A DNA stretch of 64,000 nucleotides from Candidatus Saccharimonadales bacterium (GCA_041910055.1 JAYRRP010000003.1:301973-365972); one strand, 5' to 3'; counted from the first letter of the stretch, positions 52,531 to 62,189 are shown. Notes: generated by a model not told the origin, from the sequence alone. Numbers and translations: made by a program.

Positions 52531-52875
52531 TTACTTGCTTGCAGCTTTGACTACAGCCTCGAAAGCCTTTGGCTCGTTGACAGCGAGCTCACTCAAAACC
52601 TTGCGGTCAAGTGTGATTTTGTTACGCTTTAAGCCAGCAATCAGCTTACTGTAGGTTGTGTCGTGTTCCCGTGCGGCTGCGTTAATTCGAGTGTTCCATA
52701 AGGCTCGAAAGGTACGCTTTCGGTTACGTCGATCACGATAGGCATACTGCAGTGCTTTAGTGACTGCTTGCTTGCCTCGCTTGACACTTGAGCGGTGCGC
52801 TCGAGTCATACCTTTGGTCGCTCGGCGTACTTTCTGGTGTCTCTTGTGGCTGGTGACGCCTCGTTTTACGCGCAT
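52531..52875 (-). CDS. rplT: 50S ribosomal protein L20
   Basis: [29 protein letters not shown]...[11 protein letters not shown]. Confidence 0.95.
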   Translation of the reverse strand: MRVKRGVTSHKRHQKVRRATKGMTRAHRSSVKRGKQAVTKALQYAYRDRRNRKRTFRALWNTRINAAAREHDTTYSKLIAGLKRNKITLDRKVLSELAVNEPKAFEAVVKAASK

Positions 52876-52876
52876 A

Positions 52877-53071
52877 CTACATCCCTAACTTCAGTTTAAT
52901 ATTCTTCTTGGCCTTACCTTCGATCTTATGAGTACCTGCGAGCTCTCGCTTACGTGAGGCACTTTTTTTCTGAAGGAAGTGATTGCCCATAGAATGACGT
53001 CGTAGGACTTTACCATTCTTGGTAACCCTGACTCGGTTTTTAGTGCCGCTATGCGTTTTTAGCTTTGGCAT
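52877..53071 (-). CDS. rpmI: 50S ribosomal protein L35
   Basis: [27 protein letters not shown].... Confidence 0.93.
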   Translation of the reverse strand: MPKLKTHSGTKNRVRVTKNGKVLRRHSMGNHFLQKKSASRKRELAGTHKIEGKAKKNIKLKLGM

Positions 53072-53570
53072 TCGTGTTACTCCTCATCGTAAAACTTAGT
53101 TGCTTGCCGGCAAGTTGTGGGGATTGTTCGACTACTACGCTATCTCCAAACCCCTTAATAATCTTATCGGCTAGGGCAAAGCCGAGATCTTTATGAGCCA
53201 GCTCACGTCCTCGGTAGAAAACAGTAAGCTTGACTTTGTGGCCTGCCTCCAGAAAATTGGTGACTTTGCGCAGCTTTACTTCCATGTCATGCTGGCTTAT
53301 TTTTAGGCCAAACCTCATTTGTTTTAACTCCATCGCTTTTGCGTTGCGCTTGTTCTTTTGCAACTGCTTTGTGCGCTGGTAGTTGTATTTGCCCCAGTCA
53401 ATTATTTTGGCAACCGGTGGGTTCGCATCAGGTGATATCTCTACCAGATCCAATCCCTGTTCTTCGGCAGCTTGTAATGCTTCAGACCGTGTGAGTATGC
53501 CAAGTTGCTTTCCTTCTTGATCAATTACTCGCAACTGTGGTGCCCGAATCATTCCATTCAGGCGAGTCAT
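53049..53570 (-). CDS. infC: Translation initiation factor IF-3
   Basis: IRAPQLRVIDQEGKQLGILTRSEALQAAEEQGLDLVEISPDANPPVAKIIDWGKYNYQ.... The 3' end overlaps rpmI by 23 nt. Confidence 0.93.
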   Translation of the reverse strand: MTRLNGMIRAPQLRVIDQEGKQLGILTRSEALQAAEEQGLDLVEISPDANPPVAKIIDWGKYNYQRTKQLQKNKRNAKAMELKQMRFGLKISQHDMEVKLRKVTNFLEAGHKVKLTVFYRGRELAHKDLGFALADKIIKGFGDSVVVEQSPQLAGKQLSFTMRSNTNAKAKNA

Positions 53571-53640
53571 CTTAGCGATTACTTTTACTCCTTAATAACT
53601 GTTAGGCTACCTATGAGTGTAGCAAAACTTGGAACAGGGG

Positions 53641-55176
53641 TCAATAAGTGAGAGTGGCAGTTTGGGTCTGCGGGCGATATTGTATTGCCTCACCTATGTG
53701 TTTATCTTCGATTTGCTGCTTCCCCTCAAGGTCAGCAATAGTACGTGCGACTTTAATAGTTCGCATATAACTGCGGGCAGAGATCTGCAGTTGTTGGGCT
53801 GCCTGGTTCAAAAGTGTTTCGGCTTGAGAGGTGAGCTGACAGAGGCTCTTCATATCTTTATTACTCATCTCAGCGTTACTTTTAAGCCGACTGCCAAATC
53901 GTTTATTTTGTAGCTCACGAGCTTGCCACACTCTGGAGGAAACTGCACTGCTGGCTTCTTCGAATTTCTCGGTGTGCAACAGGCGTTCATGGGCAATTTC
54001 GTTCACCTGCACGTGTATATCTATCCTATCTATGATTGGTCCTGAGAGTTTATGATGATATTTGTTGATCTGGTAAGGCGAGCACTCACATGTCTTATCG
54101 GTGCCGTAAAATCCGCAAGGACAGGGGTTTGCGGTAGCAATTAACATAAAGTGCGCAGGATAAGTAATGCTTTGTTTGGCGCGTGATATCGTGATAAGCC
54201 TATCTTCGAGTGGTTGGCGCAAGGCTTCAATGGTAGCTCTCCCAAATTCTGGCAACTCGTCTAAAAACAGTACACCATGATGGCTGAGGCTTACTTCGCC
54301 GGGCCGGGCGTGCTGTCCACCACCTACAATGGCAGTGTGACTGGAAGAGTGGTGTGGAGCCCGAAAAGGGCGGACGCTATGAATAGTACTATAGTCGGGC
54401 GAAGTAAGGCTGTGGATTTGACTTACCTCAAGCATTTCTTCTTCATCCATCGGCGGCAATATAGATGAAACTGCTTTGGCGAGCATACTTTTACCGGTTC
54501 CTGGTGGACCACTCATCAATACGTTATGGCGACCAGCGGCTGCAATTTCAAGTGCCCGTTTTGCCATACGTTGGCCTGAAATATCACGAAAATCGAGCTC
54601 AGGCTTGGTAGGTAATCCTTCTGCTATGGAATTTTTGCCTGATTTCTGGCTGTGTAGACGCACTGTGGAGGTTAAGTGGAGGTAAAGGTCTCGTAAATGT
54701 CGTACTGGCGTAATAGTAAGGCCGGGTACCAACTGAGCTTGCTGGAGGTTTTCTGCAGGCACGTAAAAGTGAGTGAAACCTAATTCCTTGGCGGCAATTA
54801 GTTTGCCAATCAGTCCTCTGACGGGGCGGACATTACCATCCAAAGCTAGTTCTCCAATGAAGATGGGGTGGTTATCGAGTGATTGCATGGGAATTTGGCG
54901 GTTCGCCAGCAGGATAGCGACACAGATAGCAAGGTCAAAACTGGTGCTATCTTTTGGCAAGTCTGCCGGCGCCAGGTTAATAGTGATGCGTTGGCGGGGA
55001 AGTGAAAGCTTAGAATTTGTAAAGGCACCGCGGATTCGCTCCTTGGCCTCGTCGACCGCTTTATTCGCAAAACCAACAATGATAATCGAAGGTAGACTTT
55101 TTGATATGTGGCATTCCACATCAACCACTAAGCCTTTCATCGCGAAATTAGTGATAGTCTGCACCCTACCCGACAT
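53641..55176 (-). CDS. comM: YifB/ComM-family Mg-chelatase-like AAA+ ATPase
   Basis: Lon-protease-like N-domain (VECHISKSLPSIIIVGFANKAV), Walker A LMSGPPGTGKSMLA, Walker B VLFLDELPEF, and C-terminal ARSYMRTIKVARTIADLE. Confidence 0.9.
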   Translation of the reverse strand: MSGRVQTITNFAMKGLVVDVECHISKSLPSIIIVGFANKAVDEAKERIRGAFTNSKLSLPRQRITINLAPADLPKDSTSFDLAICVAILLANRQIPMQSLDNHPIFIGELALDGNVRPVRGLIGKLIAAKELGFTHFYVPAENLQQAQLVPGLTITPVRHLRDLYLHLTSTVRLHSQKSGKNSIAEGLPTKPELDFRDISGQRMAKRALEIAAAGRHNVLMSGPPGTGKSMLAKAVSSILPPMDEEEMLEVSQIHSLTSPDYSTIHSVRPFRAPHHSSSHTAIVGGGQHARPGEVSLSHHGVLFLDELPEFGRATIEALRQPLEDRLITISRAKQSITYPAHFMLIATANPCPCGFYGTDKTCECSPYQINKYHHKLSGPIIDRIDIHVQVNEIAHERLLHTEKFEEASSAVSSRVWQARELQNKRFGSRLKSNAEMSNKDMKSLCQLTSQAETLLNQAAQQLQISARSYMRTIKVARTIADLEGKQQIEDKHIGEAIQYRPQTQTATLTY

Positions 55177-56046
55177 AGTATTTAGTTGTATACTCCAAAC
55201 CCGTCAAGATTCAAAGCATAAGCAAATAACAAAATCCCGCCTTCAGGTGTGGGCGGGATTTTGTTGGTGTTTTTGGTTTAAGGTTTTGGTGTTAGGAGCT
55301 TTTCATGGAACAACGGCTTGCGAGAAGCCGTTGTTTTTGTTCTTTTTGTTTTTGAGCACTTTTTTTATTCAGTGCTGATCCTATCTTATAAAGCGCCTTT
55401 TTTTCTGTCAACACGTTTATGGCAAAAAGTTTTCTAACCTGTGTATAACTTTCTCCAAATATGTGGGAAATAAAGAGCATCTTCTATTCACATAATAGAT
55501 TGGATGAGGTCAGTGGAGTAGCAATTATCTCACAAGCAACCTCACACACGTTTTTAAATTTTCATTACCAATGCTATCCATGCATACACTGCAGATAAAT
55601 AATTTTGGGGGGCAATATGGGCGCTTTTGTTGGGTTTTCATAATACTGGGTTGCTCCAATCTCTATTTCAATGTTTTCTAGTTCATTAGTTGTGGTATAA
55701 CTTTCAGATTTTTTAAAGGCATTTAGTCGCAAGACGTACGTTATTGAGGTTTTAGTTAAAAATGTACAGATTTTTGCGGCTTAACAAACAAATGGTCGTA
55801 AATCATACAAAGCAGCAGGCGGTTAGAGTGGGTACTCATTTATCAGGGTTACTAAATCATTCAATCACTTTTTTATCCAGAAAAGTGGTTTTGTGTGGAT
55901 GTTTTATTGCTGTGTCGTGCAGAATAAATAACAACAATATATAATTAGTTCCGTTCTTCATGAGTCATGCTATGAAAAGAGTAACATTGCATAATAAACA
56001 ACAAAAAACTATTGACATACTGTATTCATAGTAGTATGGTTTTATT

Positions 56047-56188
56047 GGAAGTGATAAAACAAACATTCACTTTTATATAAATATTTCGCTCTTTGTTCGC
56101 CTAGCGGCGAAAAGAGCGGTCAGTCACAGCTCGGACGGTAAGCGCTAACAATTACAAAAGGGCGGATTTACCGTCCAGCTTCTTTTTT
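56047..56188 (+). ncRNA. Candidate small RNA or cis-regulatory leader (promoter- and terminator-bounded)
   Basis: TTGACA (56012-56017), 17 nt, TATGGT (56035-56040). Long hairpin cgctctttgttcgcc/ggcgaaaagagcg. Terminator ggacggtaa...ttaccgtcc + cttctttttt ending about 56188, 55 nt before the 56244 ORF. No known RNA family recognised. Confidence 0.35.
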
Positions 56189-56243
56189 GGGACTATTTAA
56201 GTCATACTAATCTCAAATGGGAATAATTAAGTAATTCTATCTG

Positions 56244-56600
56244 ATGAGTAATTGGAAAAAGTTTGGTTTACTCCTTATCCTTTACGGGGGGTTTATAGTA
56301 TTCTTGCTTACTACCAATCCTGCTTCACTACCTCTTCCTCTGTTAATATTGCCGTTTGCTTGGCTTTACCTCTGTTTGTTGGTGGCTGCCTACTATTTCT
56401 TAAAAACTATCAAAAGAATAATGGGAAGGAAATCCGCGGGCCGTAGCCGTACAATAATATTTGCCTCGCTTATTGCCTTGGTCCCAGCTAGTCTTTTGGT
56501 GTTGCAATCTATTGATCAGCTGAGCACAAAAGATGTCTTATTGATGGGTGTATTTGTCTTGCTTTTATCATTTTACCTAAGCCGGGTAAGAGTTTCTTAG
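56244..56600 (+). CDS. Small integral membrane protein (4 TM), hypothetical
   Basis: 118-aa hydrophobic ORF, first gene of the plus-strand cluster 56244-60141. Confidence 0.55.
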   Translation: MSNWKKFGLLLILYGGFIVFLLTTNPASLPLPLLILPFAWLYLCLLVAAYYFLKTIKRIMGRKSAGRSRTIIFASLIALVPASLLVLQSIDQLSTKDVLLMGVFVLLLSFYLSRVRVS

Positions 56601-56662
56601 AGTAAAGCTAGGCACGGGTGTTTACGTATACCTTAAAGCGCTTCTGATATAATGAAACAGAG

Positions 56663-57106
56663 ATGAGCATAGATTCTTTACCGTCCAAGTCACATATGGA
56701 GTTGCCTCCTCCTGACGTACCGGAAATGCTTCCCCCAGAGTCAGTTAGTACCCCGGAGGAAGAGCCAAGGTATGAAGCGGAAAAGGCGGGGCAAGCTGTT
56801 GAGTTGGCACCACTTGATCCGAGCCGAGCTAATTCTAATGCCAGCACAAAGGCTGCACCAGCCCTTCCTCCACTAATGCCGCCACCGGTCAGTACGCCGA
56901 CTACCACAGATGTTACTGATAAGGATTTACCTTCTGTTGCTGAAGATGCTGATGTAATTGAGAAGCAGTGGGTGATTAAGGCAAAAGAGCTAGTTGATGC
57001 GACAAAAGATGACCCTCACCGCCAAAATAAGGAAATAAATAAGTTTAAAGCTGCCTATATAAAGAAACGTTATGACAAAGAAATAAAGGTGAGTAAAGAA
57101 GGTTAA
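56663..57106 (+). CDS. Proline/acidic-rich hypothetical protein with basic helical C-terminus
   Basis: 147 aa. PPPDVPEMLPPESVSTPEEEP... low complexity, then EKQWVIKAKELVDATKDDPHRQNKEINKFKAAYIKKRY. Confidence 0.55.
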   Translation: MSIDSLPSKSHMELPPPDVPEMLPPESVSTPEEEPRYEAEKAGQAVELAPLDPSRANSNASTKAAPALPPLMPPPVSTPTTTDVTDKDLPSVAEDADVIEKQWVIKAKELVDATKDDPHRQNKEINKFKAAYIKKRYDKEIKVSKEG

Positions 57107-57111
57107 CGACC

Positions 57112-60100
57112 ATGCCGTTTTTCTTGTCTGTTATCGTAATTCTTCTTGTGCTGGCAGCGGCAACTGGTATCGTGCTCTATTTCCAATCAAGGAAATTACT
57201 GCGCGAACAAAAGAATTTTGAGCGGGGCCTCAAAATGGTACCACTCTTGATCCACCTGCCACCTATTAGTGAAGATACAGAGGAGAGTGGCCGCGACGTT
57301 CGTGACGTGATAGACGAAAATATCTCTAAAGCACAAGTGCTTTATAGTATTATTGCCAGTACTCTTAAGAAAGGCTTTAAGAATAAGTTCTATGGCCAGC
57401 GCCATTTTGCATTTGAAATCATTGGCGAGAAGGGATTTGTCCATTTTTATGCCGCTGTTCCGGTAGCTATGGTAGATGTGGTCAAACAAGCAGTAGTAAG
57501 TGCATATCCTGCTGCCCAGCTCGAAGAAGCGCCAGAACATAATCTTTTTAGTCCTACAGGACGCATCAGCGGTACATTAGGTGGCGAGCTGACCCTCAAA
57601 GAGAACTATGCTTATCCAATTGCTACTTATCAGGAGATAAAACGGGATGCAATTCAAGCGATTTTGAGTGCACTTTCATCTTTGGATAAAGAAGATGGCG
57701 CAGGCATACAAATTCTGCTTCGACCTGCTGATCCTTCTTGGCGGAAAAATGCACAGTCGGTCGCAAGCCAAAAACGAAAAGGATCTGGTAATGGAGGAGA
57801 AAGCAGCGGTGCTTTAAACTGGATGCGTCAATTAGGCGTGGCAGTAGTTAAGCCACCTGAACCAAAAGCTGGTGGTGATTCTCCATCTAAGCCTGAGCTC
57901 TCTAGCCTCGACCAAGCTATTGTGGATGCGATTGATGACAAAACCCGATATCCAGCCTATGAAGTGCTTATTAGAGTCATCGCATCGTCGAATGTTGCAC
58001 AACGTTCACAGGCAATTCTGAGCAATATAGTTGCTGCTTTTTCATTATTTGATGCACCGGGTAAGAATGGCTTTAAATATACTGAATCAAAGGATATAGA
58101 GAACTTTGTCACCGCATTTATACTACGATTCTTTCCTCAGGAAAGTAACAAAAGCGTATTAAATGCAGTCGAATTAGCAACACTATTCCATTTTCCAGAC
58201 CAACGAAATATTCCTACTTCGCAAGTTGAAAGACAAGGTTCAAAGCAGGTTGATGGTCCGCGTAATATGCCAGAAGACGGACTACTGCTTGGCTATAACA
58301 TTTTTCGTGGTACCAAAAAACCAGTTCGTTTAGGCCAGGAAGATCGCCGGCGGCATATGTATGTAGTGGGACAAACTGGAGTAGGAAAATCTGTATTTTT
58401 AGAAAATCTGGCGCTCCAGGATATGGTAGAGGGCCGCGGCTTTGCTTTTGTGGATCCTCATGGTGAGAGCGCTGAAAGACTTATGGGTATGGTTCCCAAA
58501 GAGCGTACGGAAGACGTTATCTATTTCTCCCCGGGTGAAACAGATTTTCCTCTCGGTCTTAACTTGTTTGAATTCCATAATCCAGACCAGAAGGATTTTA
58601 TTATTCAAGAGGCTATTAATATGTTGGAGAAGCTGTATGACCCTAACCACCAAGGGATTGTGGGCCCTCGTTACCATCATCTCTTCCGTAACGCAGCTCT
58701 CACTGTCATGGCTGACCCAGTCGGAGGCACCTTCGTGGATATTCCTAAACTGTTCTCTGACCAGGCTTATGTACGCCATAAATTGCAGTATGTCACCGAT
58801 CGGTCAGTGATTGATTTTTGGACCAAAGAAGTGCCCGGGTCAGAACGATCGAGTGAGTTCGGGGAAGTTAAAAGTTGGTTTGTGAGTAAATTTGGCGCTT
58901 TCTTAAGTAATTCGATGATGCGGAACATTATCGGACAGTCAAAGAGTGCCTTCAATCTCCGCGATGTTATGGACAACAATAAGTTGTTATTTGTGAACCT
59001 GAGTAAAGGAAGGACAGGGGAACTAAACTCGAAACTGTTGGGTATGATATTCGTGATGAAGTTCCAGGCAGCTGCCATGAGCCGGGCAGATATCCCTGAG
59101 GACAAGCGGAATGATTTCTGTCTCTATGTTGATGAGTTCCAAAACTTCTCAACCGATTCATTTGCTACTATTCTCTCGGAAGCTCGGAAATATCGATTAA
59201 ATCTGATAGTTGCTAACCAGTTTACGACCCAATTGACTGATGAGATTCGGGATGCGGTGTTCGGGAACGTCGGTTCGATTACTGCTTTTCGAGTGGGCGC
59301 AGATGCAGATGCCGATGCGTTAAGCCGGAAGTTCCAACCAGTTTTTGACAGAGAAGATATCTTGAGATTGCCCAACTACAATACTATTACGCAGATTTTA
59401 ATTGGTGGGGTACCCACACAGCCTTTCAGTATGGCAACAGTGCCGCATATGGGGTCAGAGAATCCAGAGCTTGCCAAAGCCCTCAAACAGCTCTCTGCTG
59501 CAAAATATGGCCGACCAAGAGCTGTAGTCGAAAAGGAAGTAACAAACCGGCTATATGGTAACTCTGCACCTCAAACGCCAGCTGCAAATGCATTGGGTGG
59601 TGATGGAAGCAGACCAGGTGCATCGTCAAGCCGCCAAATGCCTAATTCTTTTGCGCAAGCCCCAGCACCAAGCACCAATAAACCACAGACGGGTTCGTCT
59701 TTCTTGGACGAATGGTTGGCGAAGAGACGCCAGACTCCTGGTAATAACCCAGTTGCAGGCAAGTCTTCTGTGACTGGTTCAGGATCAGCAGCTCCTACTA
59801 TGGCGACTACCGCTAGTCCCTCGACCTCCTTTGAGCCGCTTACCACTCATAAGACTGCTCAAGGGCAGTCACCTAGCGTGGGTCAGCCAAATAAGCCACC
59901 GCACCATCACGCAGGAGACCATCATCAATCGAGTCACCATCATCAGCAATCGTCATCCTCACACTCGCCGTCGCACCATGTTCATCCAGAGCCAAACATG
60001 AACCCCTCGGAAACTGATAGCAATCCTGTCTCTCAATCAGAGATAAAGACTGAGCCGGCAGACAATCCCCACGAGTTCCATATTAAAACGCACCATCCTT

Positions 60101-60141
60101 CAGCAAACAACGAACACACCATATACATCGATAAAGATTAA
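57112..60141 (+). CDS. Membrane-anchored P-loop NTPase, TraD/VirD4-like (type IV coupling protein / HerA-FtsK superfamily) with His-rich disordered tail
   Basis: N-terminal TM. Walker A VVGQTGVGKSVF, Walker B FCLYVDEFQNF, RKYRLNLIVANQFTTQL. The C-terminal ~200 aa are low complexity, ending HHHAGDHHQSSHHHQQSSSSHSPSHHVH. Confidence 0.6.
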   Translation: MPFFLSVIVILLVLAAATGIVLYFQSRKLLREQKNFERGLKMVPLLIHLPPISEDTEESGRDVRDVIDENISKAQVLYSIIASTLKKGFKNKFYGQRHFAFEIIGEKGFVHFYAAVPVAMVDVVKQAVVSAYPAAQLEEAPEHNLFSPTGRISGTLGGELTLKENYAYPIATYQEIKRDAIQAILSALSSLDKEDGAGIQILLRPADPSWRKNAQSVASQKRKGSGNGGESSGALNWMRQLGVAVVKPPEPKAGGDSPSKPELSSLDQAIVDAIDDKTRYPAYEVLIRVIASSNVAQRSQAILSNIVAAFSLFDAPGKNGFKYTESKDIENFVTAFILRFFPQESNKSVLNAVELATLFHFPDQRNIPTSQVERQGSKQVDGPRNMPEDGLLLGYNIFRGTKKPVRLGQEDRRRHMYVVGQTGVGKSVFLENLALQDMVEGRGFAFVDPHGESAERLMGMVPKERTEDVIYFSPGETDFPLGLNLFEFHNPDQKDFIIQEAINMLEKLYDPNHQGIVGPRYHHLFRNAALTVMADPVGGTFVDIPKLFSDQAYVRHKLQYVTDRSVIDFWTKEVPGSERSSEFGEVKSWFVSKFGAFLSNSMMRNIIGQSKSAFNLRDVMDNNKLLFVNLSKGRTGELNSKLLGMIFVMKFQAAAMSRADIPEDKRNDFCLYVDEFQNFSTDSFATILSEARKYRLNLIVANQFTTQLTDEIRDAVFGNVGSITAFRVGADADADALSRKFQPVFDREDILRLPNYNTITQILIGGVPTQPFSMATVPHMGSENPELAKALKQLSAAKYGRPRAVVEKEVTNRLYGNSAPQTPAANALGGDGSRPGASSSRQMPNSFAQAPAPSTNKPQTGSSFLDEWLAKRRQTPGNNPVAGKSSVTGSGSAAPTMATTASPSTSFEPLTTHKTAQGQSPSVGQPNKPPHHHAGDHHQSSHHHQQSSSSHSPSHHVHPEPNMNPSETDSNPVSQSEIKTEPADNPHEFHIKTHHPSANNEHTIYIDKD

Positions 60142-60158
60142 CTGTGGTTAAACAGCAA

Positions 60159-60746
60159 TCAGGTATTTACTTTTTGCCGCCGGGTTAATCGGGTAAATAT
60201 TTCGATCAGACAGCCAACTATATAACCACCTGCCATTAGTAGGATGACTATTAGCCAGTTGTAAGGAATGCCGTAACGTTTTGCCAAGTAAAGGAAAAGA
60301 CTGGTGCCCACAAAGGCGCAGATCCCTCCGCTTAGTAGACCCAAAGGCCGGGCAACTGTTTTTGCCCCAGCCGCACTTAGCTTATCTATGGCTGGTTGAT
60401 GAATAACCTTACTCAATACTCGTTCTGGTGGGGCTAACTGCTTCCGTGTTTTAACCATTGTACGTGCAAGCATGTGCCTTTTTAGTTCGGTACCAGCTGC
60501 AGTTGAGTGATGACTGGATTCCTCATTGTGATTATCAGGGTTGAGCTCTTTGGCAGCTGAGGCGATGCTTTCGGCTCGTTGTTTTAGTTCACCCACAGGC
60601 AATGTTTCATTGGCTTTCGACTGCTTCTCGTGCTTAGAATGAGGGGCTGTCTCACGGCGGGTAGTAGCTAAGTTCTCTAGTGATTCCTTTTCTCGTGTTT
60701 GTTCACTTGTTTTTTCCCCGTGATGAGAAGTTAATCGTTCAGACAT
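60159..60746 (-). CDS. Hypothetical membrane protein (charged N-terminal region, two C-terminal TM helices)
   Basis: Start reassigned to ATG at 60746 (SD caggaggg 7 nt upstream), 1 nt after the stop of 60748..62055, so the two are probably co-transcribed. Confidence 0.6.
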   Translation of the reverse strand: MSERLTSHHGEKTSEQTREKESLENLATTRRETAPHSKHEKQSKANETLPVGELKQRAESIASAAKELNPDNHNEESSHHSTAAGTELKRHMLARTMVKTRKQLAPPERVLSKVIHQPAIDKLSAAGAKTVARPLGLLSGGICAFVGTSLFLYLAKRYGIPYNWLIVILLMAGGYIVGCLIEIFTRLTRRQKVNT

Positions 60747-60747
60747 C

Positions 60748-62055
60748 TTAAAACCCTCCTGCGTGGTAGTCATTCTTTATGATTGTGAGTTCTTTCGCGA
60801 TTAACCGGCTACGGGCAAAGAAGTAGCCAGCGCCAGCTGTAATAATGAAACCAATCAGCAAACTTGTACCTGGACCAGTATTTGGCAACGATTTTGTTAC
60901 TTGTTCCGTAGTCTTTATCACTGTAGGTGGCAACTTAATGTTAATCACGTTTCCATAGACATTCGTCATGTTGAGATCAAAGGTCCCAGGGTTTGAGGTT
61001 GAAGCAGGGGTTTGAGGAATGGGGTCTTTTACTTTCACAGTGAGGACTTTCTTAATAGTTTCCCCTGGCTTAATGTCGGTGGCTGGCCAGCGCACGATGT
61101 GTTCACTGTCCAAGGTTCCTCCATGTAGGTTCACTATATCGGCATAATCCAATACATCAGTGATGTTTTCTTCCACAACAAAAGCTTTTACTGTTCCTTT
61201 ACCGGTATTTTGGGCACTCAAATTGTATTGGATAGTATCCCCGGCTTTCGCAGTAGTGTTATTCGCATCCTTGCCGTTCTCGGTGACGTTTTGAGCGCTC
61301 TTGCTTAGGATAATACAAGCAATGTTATCGTTTGTACTTTGGCTCTTGTCACATGGCTTACAGGCAGGATTGTCCTTAAGAATATGAGGGTTATAGGGGC
61401 AAGGAGTACAACGCGCGTCTTTTTGCAGGATCTTTGCATCAAGTGGACAGACTGGCTCTGGAGTGGGTGGCGGCGGAGGTGGGGGTGGCGGCTGCGGTAG
61501 CCCGACAGTGACGAGATTGCCACAGCTGAATAAAAGCATAAAGACCATTCCGCTTTCTGTTCTACCAGTCAGGGCAGTGTAGGTCGAGTAAGCCCCGCTG
61601 TCCCACGACCATAGAGGCCGCATATAGAACATTCCTACTCCGGCAACTGGCACCTCTGTTTCGCCGGTTTTGCCGTATGGTAACCTTCCCATGGAGTAGA
61701 GGGCGCGGTTGTAATCAGTTGAACGGATTGAACCGACCTGCCCATTGGCAACCTGACCACAGTTAATCCCAAAATTACGAAGTATCTCACCGAGGCGGTA
61801 GGCATTTGTATTACAATATTCAACTAGTTGCTCCTTGGAGCTAACTCCTCCGGGGATAAGATCGTTCCCTGAACGCGCCATAGTAGGCTCTGGTGGTGCC
61901 ATAAAAGCCACAAGTTGTACGATCATGCTCAGAGCGATAAAGAGGAAACCGAGCCGACGTAGACTTGCTTCCTGTCGAATCCTTCGGGCATAGAACGAAA
62001 CCTGTCCAATGAGACTGGGGTTAAAGGGTAAGTTTGAGATAAGTTTATTAAACAT
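60748..62055 (-). CDS. LPxTG-type cell-wall-anchored surface protein with poly-proline linker and DUF11-like repeat domain
   Basis: N-terminal TM/signal, PQPPPPPPPPPTPEP, AKAGDTIQYNLSAQNTGKGTVKAFVVEENITDVLDYA (DUF11-like), and the sorting signal LPNTG + hydrophobic stretch + RSR. Confidence 0.75.
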   Translation of the reverse strand: MFNKLISNLPFNPSLIGQVSFYARRIRQEASLRRLGFLFIALSMIVQLVAFMAPPEPTMARSGNDLIPGGVSSKEQLVEYCNTNAYRLGEILRNFGINCGQVANGQVGSIRSTDYNRALYSMGRLPYGKTGETEVPVAGVGMFYMRPLWSWDSGAYSTYTALTGRTESGMVFMLLFSCGNLVTVGLPQPPPPPPPPPTPEPVCPLDAKILQKDARCTPCPYNPHILKDNPACKPCDKSQSTNDNIACIILSKSAQNVTENGKDANNTTAKAGDTIQYNLSAQNTGKGTVKAFVVEENITDVLDYADIVNLHGGTLDSEHIVRWPATDIKPGETIKKVLTVKVKDPIPQTPASTSNPGTFDLNMTNVYGNVINIKLPPTVIKTTEQVTKSLPNTGPGTSLLIGFIITAGAGYFFARSRLIAKELTIIKNDYHAGGF

Positions 62056-62189
62056 TTTTGTACTTAAAAGCTTATGAATTATTGAACCACAAAACTATCG
62101 GTAGAAGCAAGTGCTGGTATTTGCCCAAAATGGCAATTTCGTCTAAAATATATATCAAGTGTGGACAAACAACGTAATTCTTTAGTTAA

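Noticed and set aside
53629-55378. Plus-strand ORFs 53629..53913, 54277..54468, 54476..54685 and 54773..55378, antisense to comM.
   Set aside because: comM is supported end-to-end by AAA+ motifs. The antisense ORFs have no motifs and partly run into the non-coding region.
55860-55945. Possible DnaA boxes (ttatccaga; tgtggatg) and a dif-like AT-rich core (caatatataattag) in the AT-rich gap. I considered oriC or dif because gyrB and a Xer recombinase are in the window.
   Set aside because: There are only two imperfect boxes, no cluster, no adjacent dnaA/dnaN, and the dif arms do not match known XerC/XerD half-sites. This is indistinguishable from chance in AT-rich DNA.
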